This document shows, in pieces, positions 27,407 to 35,798 of a stretch of DNA of 64,000 nt. The notes under the pieces were generated by a model that saw nothing but the letters and a program-made list of their open reading frames with translations, made no database searches and was not told where the DNA came from. Position numbers and translations under genes: made by a program. The stretch lies in the sequence record PZ386966.1; one strand, written 5' to 3'. Positions within the stretch are counted from its first letter, which is position 1, and each line of letters starts with the position of its first letter. The DNA comes from a phage.

Positions 27407-28543
27407 TTACTCATAATCCCTAATAACTAGCCCTACAGGAAACTGTAAAGAACCTTTACGAGTCATCTTCTGGAACTGAACAGTTAAAGGTTTCCCGATA
27501 AACTCTTCAGGATGTTCAGCAAGATACTGTTTCTTCTCGTGTGTAGTTTTCCATGAAACATCTACAAAGACGTTAGGAAGAGTCTCTACAACGAACTTAC
27601 CATGACCACGCTTATCGGTCTTTACACCAGTCACTTTAAACTCTTCAGTGTGCATCTTCTTGTGCTTAATCAAGAAGTATGAACGGTGACAACACTCATA
27701 GAAGGAGTCTTCAGAGATTGAACGGTACATTGCACCTTCAAACTTAACTTCAACCCACTTATCATGAGCTTCATCAAACTCTTCCCAAGAATTTACACGA
27801 CGAGACTTAACAGGGACAACTTTACAGCCGTCTCTAAAGTCATTCAATGGTGAAGTCTCAATAATATCTCTACGCTCAGGCCACGGCTTAGTGCTGTCAC
27901 AGATATCGTACCAGTAGAACTGGAGTAGATGTCGGTCTGGATTGTCTTCATTTTTAATCATGGAGACAATATCTTCTAAGTCCCACCCATGAGCATAAAT
28001 CTCTCCATCAAATTCATCAACGTCTTTATGGAGCCTCAACATAGTCATAATGTCAGGTGTTAGCTCAGTAGGTATTTTATAAACAGTATTCTCACGAGAA
28101 TAAGCCGTGAAACTAACTGAATCATCACCTCTTGAAATTCTACAACGTACACCATCAAGTTTTGGTTGAGCATCAGCAGGGAACTTCAGATACTTTGCAT
28201 GACTAACCTTTGCAGCATCATGAGCAAGCTGTACACCTACCTTCTCAGTACTCTGTGCAGACTCTTTTGTGTAAGCATAACCTTTACGGTCAACTTGCTT
28301 TTTATACTTAGCAGCAACTTCAAAGAGAGCTTGCTGTTCAGCGTTACGCTCATTCTTTTTACCGATGTTTTTAGGTTCTGCTGTGTACTCTTCAAACATC
28401 ATCTTGCCATTTTCTTTACCGTAGGTTGTAATAACTTTGTCACCTACAGCCACACATGACCAGACATTGAAAGAGCCATCTTTATTTTGTTTGTATAGAA
28501 TTGTCATTTTATTCCTCTGAGTGATACCAAGTATTGCAAGCAT
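27407..28543 (-). CDS. ATP-dependent DNA ligase
   Basis: Adenylation motif I 'KLDGVRC' (KxDGxR); size 378 aa typical of T7/T4-type ligases. Confidence 0.6.
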   Translation of the reverse strand: MLAILGITQRNKMTILYKQNKDGSFNVWSCVAVGDKVITTYGKENGKMMFEEYTAEPKNIGKKNERNAEQQALFEVAAKYKKQVDRKGYAYTKESAQSTEKVGVQLAHDAAKVSHAKYLKFPADAQPKLDGVRCRISRGDDSVSFTAYSRENTVYKIPTELTPDIMTMLRLHKDVDEFDGEIYAHGWDLEDIVSMIKNEDNPDRHLLQFYWYDICDSTKPWPERRDIIETSPLNDFRDGCKVVPVKSRRVNSWEEFDEAHDKWVEVKFEGAMYRSISEDSFYECCHRSYFLIKHKKMHTEEFKVTGVKTDKRGHGKFVVETLPNVFVDVSWKTTHEKKQYLAEHPEEFIGKPLTVQFQKMTRKGSLQFPVGLVIRDYE

Positions 28544-28700
28544 TACATGCGTAAAGCTCTAAGTCATTTTTATCAGGTTTATGAAAGCAGTTTGCTCCGC
28601 AGTGGCAACGAAACGGCTTTCCACCAACTGTCAGGGTGAAGGATTGAACCTTTCCATCAGGAGTTCGTACAGCATTTTTATGCTTATCTTCTTTGTTCAT
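28509..28700 (-). CDS. small zinc-binding protein
   Basis: 'CHCG...C...CNAC' Cys/His cluster. Confidence 0.35.
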   Translation of the reverse strand: MNKEDKHKNAVRTPDGKVQSFTLTVGGKPFRCHCGANCFHKPDKNDLELYACNACNTWYHSEE

Positions 28701-29002
28701 TTTCTCTTACCACCAATCTCTACGTCAACCACTTGAACATCACCAGCAACATCAAACTTATGAATGATGCTTTCCACAGTGTAAGTCCAACCATCAATGC
28801 GAACTAACTCACCTTCTCGTGGGACGATTGGATTACGTTGAGCTACAGTTGTAGTGGAGTGAACAACATCATAACAATAGATATAGTTTACTAATACTTC
28901 CATCGTGAAAACCTCACTCAATAACCGTGGTATGTGATTGACCATTTTTGCCATAGCTATAAGATGTTGTTGTTTGAGAGTTTGGACATCTGACAACAAC
29001 AA
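28697..29002 (-). CDS. hypothetical protein
   Basis: 101 aa ORF; N-terminus overlaps lipoprotein ORF, so the true start may be an internal Met. Confidence 0.3.
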   Translation of the reverse strand: MLLSDVQTLKQQHLIAMAKMVNHIPRLLSEVFTMEVLVNYIYCYDVVHSTTTVAQRNPIVPREGELVRIDGWTYTVESIIHKFDVAGDVQVVDVEIGGKRK

Positions 29003-29171
29003 TATCCCTGCTTATAGCGTCACCATTGAGTTTGTAGATTTTGCAGTCTTGCATCTCTGGAGGTAGGCTGTAAGAAGCATCTTTGTTTTCATAAGAAGGG
29101 TTGCAGCCAGCCAGAAAAATTACTCCAAGTGCAACCATTACTTTCACATGGCTCTTAATCTTATTGTTCAC
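28914..29171 (-). CDS. lipoprotein
   Basis: Signal peptide with lipobox 'FLAGC' ('MVALGVIFLAGCNPS'). Confidence 0.45.
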   Translation of the reverse strand: MNNKIKSHVKVMVALGVIFLAGCNPSYENKDASYSLPPEMQDCKIYKLNGDAISRDIVVVRCPNSQTTTSYSYGKNGQSHTTVIE

Positions 29172-29303
29172 GATAGTCTACCTCTCTGTATGTTTTTAAA
29201 TAGTGAGTGATGAGTTCTGGTAATTCACTACGTTTAACGTTTGAACGAAGAAGTGTCCAGTCAAAACCTTTACCAACCCTTCCCCAGAGACTGTACAGTT
29301 TCT

Positions 29304-29537
29304 TCATATCAACTCCAGAATATTAATACGTTCGCCCTTAAGAACTCCAGTACGGTCTCTTGCAATCTTGCCGTCAACAATAAGGATATGTGCAGCCCTT
29401 AAAGAGTCACCATTAAAACCTTTTACGAACTTGCTAGGCATCACTACAATGGACATCTCCTGAATCAACTCTGGAGTATAGCAATTATCGTGAAGTTGCT
29501 GAATAACGTCTGCAAGTGTCATTTTTGATGTCTCCAA
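29304..29537 (-). CDS. hypothetical protein
   Basis: 77 aa ORF in leftward operon. Confidence 0.3.
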   Translation of the reverse strand: METSKMTLADVIQQLHDNCYTPELIQEMSIVVMPSKFVKGFNGDSLRAAHILIVDGKIARDRTGVLKGERINILELI

Positions 29538-29728
29538 TACTCAATGTCAATAAGTTCTTGTGCAATGCTTTTCAGATTACCTTTCAAGAAAACCTTCTCA
29601 GAACCTGAAAGAGATGAATTGTCAATTAACCTGTTCATTCTCTCAAACAACTTCTGCTTACGGTTCTTAATAGTTTCCTTTGAAGCACCTTTCATCATCG
29701 CTGCATGGGTTCTTCCACGGTGGCTCAT
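29519..29728 (-). CDS. hypothetical basic protein
   Basis: 69 aa ORF. Confidence 0.3.
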   Translation of the reverse strand: MSHRGRTHAAMMKGASKETIKNRKQKLFERMNRLIDNSSLSGSEKVFLKGNLKSIAQELIDIEYWRHQK

Positions 29729-29789
29729 AAGTCCTCCTATATAAGATATAGTATAAGGTACTCTTCCATGAGCACCTTGTCAATACTAA

Positions 29790-30349
29790 TCAGTGTACCT
29801 CAAGCCAATTCTTACCAACTTTACCAGTACCAGTTACAAGCGTTTCCTCCTTAAGTCCTAAGTTTCTTGATGCCTGACCATACATCCAGTCAATCACTGC
29901 TTTAACATCTTGTGTCATCTCTTCTGGGCACTCCCAACTATTCTCATCGTGGTATGCTAGAAGCAATCTAGCACCAATGGCTGGTTTTCGACCATTCAGC
30001 TTTGTAAGACCCTCTTCACAAGTTCTTCTACAAGCGAGGTTGATAGCTTCATTCTGAACCTGACTTTCCGAACCCATGAGCAAGTAATTTAAAAGTTTGT
30101 GCGGAGATTTACACCACAACCATGCACCTGCTACCTTTACAAAACCACCCTTAGATATTGCAGCAGTCTTACCAAACACCTCTTCAAGAGCCTTCTTAGT
30201 GGCTTTGAAGTCTGCTTCCAAATTATCTATCAACTTTTTAATCTTAGGAAGGCGTACAAAGTAAGTTTGCTTAGTTAAAGCACCTTCTTCGGTTGTTGAT
30301 GCTTTAATCGTCTTGGCAAACTTCTCATCACCTGCCCCAAACAATACAT
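29790..30349 (-). CDS. DNA polymerase family A, C-terminal exon (exon 2)
   Basis: Track ORF begins at a TTG, not ATG; frame opens right after an in-frame TGA; N-terminus 'LFGAGDEKFAKT' completes Pol A motif B (T7 'YGAGDEK'); 'LLLAYHDENSWECPEE' is motif C (HDE). Confidence 0.6.
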
Positions 30350-31154
30350 CTGGTCAATACACTCGCAAGGTGTACCAGTTCTCTTATGAACTTCTCCGCA
30401 TTTCTACGGAGTGTCGGACTATATCACGTAGTAGTAATACTACCGTTGCACTTGGGAATGGTCATTAGCTTACCAACCTACTCTACTCAGTTCATACATT
30501 AAGTATGCTTTTCGATAGTCTCTGAACGTTTCTCTGTTAGGAATCTCTATAATCATGTTATTTACTCAGGTAGTCAATTGCCCTTTGCATATTATCAACG
30601 CTATCTGCAAGTAACCCTAAAGCCCTATTGCAATTGTGGCACAACATACCTCTTACTTTTCCGGTTTTGTGGTCATGGTCAACGACAAGTTTAGCTTTAT
30701 GCCGTGAACTATTCATGATAAAACCTTCACCGCCACAAATTTGACATTTGTAATCACAGTTGCGAAGTAGGTTTTCAACCTCTTCTCTTTCTAAACCATA
30801 TGTTCTCAGGTAGTAATTCTTAACTCTACCTTTCTCTCCGCAATGTGAAGAACAATAAACTTGCCTTGCTGTTCTAGGCATGAACACCTTCTCACAGCTA
30901 GGACATTTCTTAGTAAGAACCCTATGTTCTGCTCTTCTGTCAAATTTTAATACGCAACTTCTGCACCGTTTTTGATTGTATTGGTATGGTTTAAACTCTG
31001 CACCACACTCAGTACACAATCTTTCTTTGTAACCTGCCATTGTCTCTCTCCTTTGCTTTAGGAGTCCTAACAGAGACTTCGCTGCTGATTACCATATCTT
31101 TACAGACTTAGGCTTCCAGCAATTCACAACGTTTTACATGCGCCACTGACGCAT
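30350..31154 (-). mobile_element. group I intron (IA-like) interrupting the DNA polymerase gene, with HEG in P6 region
   Basis: Minus-strand conserved elements in canonical order: P-like 'aattgctggaagcc' (31111-31124), Q-like 'aatcagcagc' (31081-31090), R 'gttcagagacta' (30516-30527), S 'gatatagtcc' (30416-30425). Proposed 5' splice after a U and 3' splice after a G restore an in-frame motif B. Exact boundaries inferred. Confidence 0.6.
30558..31040 (-). CDS. intron-encoded endonuclease VII-like (HNH-type) homing endonuclease
   Basis: 'VVDHDHKTGKVRGMLCHNCNRALG' matches the T4 endo VII catalytic motif; N-terminal CxxC zinc ribbons; lies between the two polymerase exons. Confidence 0.6.
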   Translation of the reverse strand: MAGYKERLCTECGAEFKPYQYNQKRCRSCVLKFDRRAEHRVLTKKCPSCEKVFMPRTARQVYCSSHCGEKGRVKNYYLRTYGLEREEVENLLRNCDYKCQICGGEGFIMNSSRHKAKLVVDHDHKTGKVRGMLCHNCNRALGLLADSVDNMQRAIDYLSK

Positions 31155-33324
31155 AAATGCCATTTTTGGCTTTCTTACGACCTTTGCTAATTTCTTGAAG
31201 AAGATTTGTATCCTGAGTGGCTCGACAGGTCAAGATGTCTTCCTCTTTATTAAGGCTGAAGTAAATACTATTTAAAGTATGCGCATCAGTTCCTGAGTAC
31301 ACCACGTACAAGTCATTTTCCGAATCATAATGCAAATACTTGTCAATCTCTGGGTTTAGATACTGGTCAAAATGTTTGCAATAGTATCTGCCATCATCTT
31401 GTTTGACAAACTCAACCTCTTCTTTACCCTCTGTTACTGCTTTAGTGAACTCTTTATCACCCATAAAGTTACACAGCAGTACAAGTTGCGCGCTATTCAT
31501 ATCTGCTGAAACAATATTAGTTCCCTCTTCACAAGTCCACACCTCCCTCATAGGTGCTCCATAGACAGCAGCACCAGACGGTACGTTTACAATACCATAT
31601 TGTGTCATACGTCCAGTTGAAGTACCAAACACCATTGCACCAGCACTAAGGCGACCATCAGGACGAATCTGGTTCAACCATCCTTTTTCATCATCCTTTG
31701 AGTTCTCAATAGTTCTGCGTCGGTGCATCAAAGTGTAGTACTTAGCAATCTTCTGTCCAAGCTCACCTTCAATCGTATCATAAGATGATTCAGTAAGTTT
31801 TGGTGAAGTACGAATTAAGCAAGGTTCAAGTAAGTCTGTGTACTTCTTAACAGACCAGTTATGCTCAATGTACTGGACACCTTCATGTTCAACATAGCTC
31901 AAGCCACAACGCTCAACCATCTCATCCCATTTAGGATGCTTGGTAATCATCTTTTTGTTGTCTTTGAAACGACAAACCTTAACAGGACGACCATCAGAGT
32001 CTTTCTTATAGTTCCAGTCATCAGGAATCCAACCAACTGATTTCAAGTAGTCCTTCACAACAGCCACCTGAGTCATTCGAGAAACTTCAAACTCAATTGG
32101 TGTATATGGTGCATCAATCAAACCTGTGTAGCGACTTGACTCAAGTCCAAAGTGGTTAACAACATGACTGTTATAGTACTTCACAGTTTTAACTGTTTTT
32201 ACTGGCTTCCAGTCTTTGCATTTCTTACCAATCTTTGCATTCAACTCGTTGCAAATTGCACGAGCATCCTTCATTGCTACAAAACCTTCCTTGTACTCTT
32301 CGCCAGTTACAGTGTTGGTTGGTGTATAGCAATTCCGCTTTTCAATGTTAAAAATCTTTGTAGTTGGCTTACCAAATGGCTTGATTTCATATGTCTGCAT
32401 CTCACCGTTACGTACCTGCTGACGATACTTTGTCTTAGGGTACTTGGTAATTCTTTTCAGTCCATCTGCATGACCAAACGCTTCAACATACTCATTCCAA
32501 GCTTTTGCAAACTCTTCTCCAGTGACTTTACCTTTGGTCTTAATAGTTGGTGGAAGGTGTGGTTCAACTTCTGAAGCAAGCTCATTAGTCAACTTGTCAA
32601 GTTCCTTTACATGGAACTCCATAAGCTCTTTATCAGCTTTCCAACCATTGATAGCCTGTTGACTCATCCAGAAAGATGTCTCTTTAGCTCGCATATAGGT
32701 TTCATAAGTGTCTATGCCACACTTCTTTAACTTGAGATATTCATTATCCAGTGCGCGTTTAGTTTTGGCGTTAATACGGATATCTTCTACAACACGAGTG
32801 AAGATTTCTGCATTCCACACACCCCAATGTTCAATCTCTGGTTTACGGACACCAACACGAGCACCCCATGCTGCCAAGCCATGAGCACCTTTATAGCCTT
32901 TTGGAGTTGGTCTATCCATCCACTGAACACGAGACTGGATAAGAGAGTCCTGAAAGAAATTACTCCACGGCTTACATTTTGGATTATCGAAGTTCCACAA
33001 ATCAGGTGCAATATGATTGAAAACCCACCAGTCATACCCCAGACCATTATGGATACAAAGCCGTTTTGCCTTTAACGCAAACTCAATACCTTCACGTAAA
33101 CCACCCTTAATGTACTTGGTATACTTGTGACCGAGGATAGGCTCATCTGTAAAGACCCATACAGGTGGCTCCTCATCGTCAGATTTATAGTCTGCGAAAG
33201 CCATGACGTGGACTTTAGTGAACTCAAGGAGTAAACCATCAGTTTCTGTATCACCAACTAAGTGTAAGTTTTTAAAATCTACGTTTTCCATTTGTACTCC
33301 CTCTAATTCGTTAACCCCATACAT
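31155..33324 (-). CDS. DNA polymerase family A, N-terminal exon (exon 1; uninterrupted ORF runs to 31108)
   Basis: Exo I-like 'DTETDGL', motif A-like 'VSADMNSAQLVLL', start of motif B 'RKKAKNGIY'; ORF then continues into intron sequence and stops. Confidence 0.65.
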
Positions 33325-33350
33325 TACTGCAAAAAATTATAAAAAGCAAG

Positions 33351-33380
33351 TTGACAATGTACTTGACAAGGTGTTAATCT
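33351..33380 (+). promoter_or_regulatory. promoter candidate in divergent control region
   Basis: Two 'ttgaca' copies (33351, 33363) with a weak -10 'ttaatc' 17 bp downstream of the first. Confidence 0.3.
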
Positions 33381-33462
33381 TTGCGAAGTGGGTTTTTACT
33401 TAAAAGGTTACTTAACAGTTTAACTATACAGACACTTTAAAACTCTTAAAAGATTATTTAAT

Positions 33463-33503
33463 AGCTTTTAAAAAGCTTTAAAGTATAACGTATAGAATAC
33501 GTT
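33463..33503. promoter_or_regulatory. two palindromic operator-like sites
   Basis: 'agctttt a aaaagct' (33463-33477) and 'aacgtat aga atacgtt' (33487-33503) in the AT-rich gap between divergent operons. Confidence 0.4.
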
Positions 33504-33547
33504 AAGATAAAAGATTAAAACTTAATAGTTACTTAAAAGAGGCTTAC

Positions 33548-33970
33548 ATGCAGAAAATGTTTGTTCACCCAGACATAGCTGACTTTGTTAGGGCTTTGCA
33601 GAAGTTGGAAGAACTTGACATTGCTGCTCAACGGGAATATGCTCACCATCACAGGAGAATGGTTGATATACAACATGAAATAGAGTTGTCTGAAAACTAC
33701 GAAGATGACTTAAAATGCTCTGTATTTGAGCATATGAAAGATGTTGCTACAGCTAGACGTAAAGCTAAAGATACGGTTGCTTTACTAGATTCTCTTAAAA
33801 AGAGGTTGCAAAGTGGTACAGACCTGTGTAGTCTAGCGTCACTGATTAACGATGTTGAAACTTCTTGGGATAGACATTACTATCCACGTTCTGAAAAGAC
33901 GCTTGACTTTTCTTCATCTGAAAACTTAAAATGTTCTAGAAAGAAACTTAACCAACTGAGAGAGAAATAA
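33548..33970 (+). CDS. hypothetical protein
   Basis: First ORF of rightward operon; no motif. Confidence 0.4.
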   Translation: MQKMFVHPDIADFVRALQKLEELDIAAQREYAHHHRRMVDIQHEIELSENYEDDLKCSVFEHMKDVATARRKAKDTVALLDSLKKRLQSGTDLCSLASLINDVETSWDRHYYPRSEKTLDFSSSENLKCSRKKLNQLREK

Positions 33971-33971
33971 T

Positions 33972-34784
33972 ATGAATACTACTGTAGACCAAATGCTTAA
34001 AGAAAAAGGTATTGACGAAGCATTCTTAATCAATGCCGTAGAAAGCATGGCTATGATTCTTCGTGGAAACAACTATACAGAACAGTTTATTCCTGAGAGT
34101 TACAACTTACCTAAAGATAAGTCTGATAACGGTGCTTTTGCAGAACAGGTTAACATGATGTTGACAGACCATGCACTAGCTCTTGCATCTATCGCTGTTG
34201 GTGTTGATGCACTTGCTGAGTTCATTTTTTATGAAATGCAGAAGAATGACTATATCAGGATGTCAGACGAAAATAAGGAACTGTTGCTGACTCAGGATAC
34301 TGATTCCCTTATTGATACAATCATTGCATCAACAAGTGCTGTTATGGCTGCTCTTGAGAAGCGCATGGAAGAGAAGCTGTCACGATATGAAAAGCTTGAT
34401 TGGGGTGTAGAAGAGTTAACCCCACGAATCAAAGAGATTATCCAGCAAACTAAAGAGTCTTTAGAAGAAGCTGTGAAAGATGATTCTGTAGCTAATGTAG
34501 AACCACTACAGGTGAAAGTTGCTCTGATGATTCCAGCTATTTCTACAATGATGAATATCGTTGCACTAATCCAACTTTCTCAGATGTTGGGGGCAAGCAT
34601 TGAGTTCATTGAGGAGATGACTGGTGGTGTCAGTATGCAAGCAATCAATGATGTTTTGGTAAACATTGGCGCTTCAATCATTGAAGAGAAGCTACGTATT
34701 AATTTTGGTGATGATTTTGTGAAGCAAGTCTCAGCTATGGCTGAAAAAGAGCAATCACAGATTACTAGTGAACAACTGCACTAA
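33972..34784 (+). CDS. hypothetical protein
   Basis: 270 aa; no motif. Confidence 0.4.
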   Translation: MNTTVDQMLKEKGIDEAFLINAVESMAMILRGNNYTEQFIPESYNLPKDKSDNGAFAEQVNMMLTDHALALASIAVGVDALAEFIFYEMQKNDYIRMSDENKELLLTQDTDSLIDTIIASTSAVMAALEKRMEEKLSRYEKLDWGVEELTPRIKEIIQQTKESLEEAVKDDSVANVEPLQVKVALMIPAISTMMNIVALIQLSQMLGASIEFIEEMTGGVSMQAINDVLVNIGASIIEEKLRINFGDDFVKQVSAMAEKEQSQITSEQLH

Positions 34785-34801
34785 GTCTTTATAAATCTTA
34801 C

Positions 34802-34826
34802 AAGCCTCCTTAGTTGGGGGCTTTTT
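34802..34826 (+). terminator. rho-independent terminator candidate
   Basis: Hairpin 'aagcctcc ttagtt gggggctt' plus 'tttt'. Confidence 0.4.
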
Positions 34827-34845
34827 AGTAATTAAGGTAGAAAGA

Positions 34846-35589
34846 ATGAGTAAAATTATCGCATTTACTGGAAAGGCACGTTCTGGAAAAGACACCTCAT
34901 GCTCTATTGTGAAGGATATCTTAGAAGATGAGTACGGTTACAACGTTGCGGTGATGGCTTTTGCAGACAATCTTAAACTCTCTGCATCAAAGATATTTGA
35001 CCTGACTTGGAATGACCTGTACGGTGAAACTAAAGAGACACCACAAGTCTTTGACTTATCATACTATAAACTCATGCCTAAAGTTACGGAAGCTATGGAG
35101 TTCACCTTCAAAGATGAACGTTATCATATGGACTTTAAACTCTTGTCAGAGTTGACTGGGCGATTAATCATGGAACTTAAGAAGGTCGCTAAACCGACTC
35201 TATTAACGCGTCTAGGACTCAGTGAGAAGTATAAATTCTCTTCAAGACAAATCCAACAGATTTGGGGAACTGAAGTTGTCCGTAAAGTCATGGGTGACAG
35301 GTTCTGGTCTAAAGACCTTGAGAAACGAATGGTTAGATTCTTTGATGTTTGCTCACTTAGAAATGAAGAAGGTGTTGTTTTAATCAGTGACTTAAGGTTT
35401 GATTCTGAAGCTGAGTGGCTGAGCAGATTTGCACACCAAACTATTGAAGTAAAAAGAGACAATGCGGATAAGATTTCATCACACGTTTCAGAAAACGGTA
35501 TTTCCACCAAATATGAGCGTGACATTATTCATAATAATGGTACTCTTGCAGACCTTGAAAGCAAGCTAAGAGCTATCCTGAAAATTTAA
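34846..35589 (+). CDS. deoxynucleoside monophosphate kinase
   Basis: P-loop 'FTGKARSGKDT' at N-terminus as in T4 gp1 ('LSGVKRSGKDT'); similar length. Confidence 0.55.
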   Translation: MSKIIAFTGKARSGKDTSCSIVKDILEDEYGYNVAVMAFADNLKLSASKIFDLTWNDLYGETKETPQVFDLSYYKLMPKVTEAMEFTFKDERYHMDFKLLSELTGRLIMELKKVAKPTLLTRLGLSEKYKFSSRQIQQIWGTEVVRKVMGDRFWSKDLEKRMVRFFDVCSLRNEEGVVLISDLRFDSEAEWLSRFAHQTIEVKRDNADKISSHVSENGISTKYERDIIHNNGTLADLESKLRAILKI

Positions 35590-35597
35590 AAGAGAGA

Positions 35598-35798
35598 ATG
35601 AAGATGAGAGTAAAAGATAATTTCAAAGTTATTGACCATCGTTTAGTGGAACTCTCATCTCTTTCCAATGAGGTAATGATTGAACGCCTTAAGAGAGTTG
35701 AATCACGAAGGAAAGAGATTGCAGATGAAATTCATGAACTGGACAAGATTGAAAATGGATTGAAGGCAGAACTACAACGAAGAGGTGCTAATGTCTAA
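35598..35798 (+). CDS. hypothetical coiled-coil protein
   Basis: 66 aa ORF. Confidence 0.3.
   Translation: MKMRVKDNFKVIDHRLVELSSLSNEVMIERLKRVESRRKEIADEIHELDKIENGLKAELQRRGANV

Noticed and set aside
32152-32574. 140 aa plus-strand ORF inside the DNA polymerase gene
   Set aside because: Antisense shadow ORF within polymerase exon 1.
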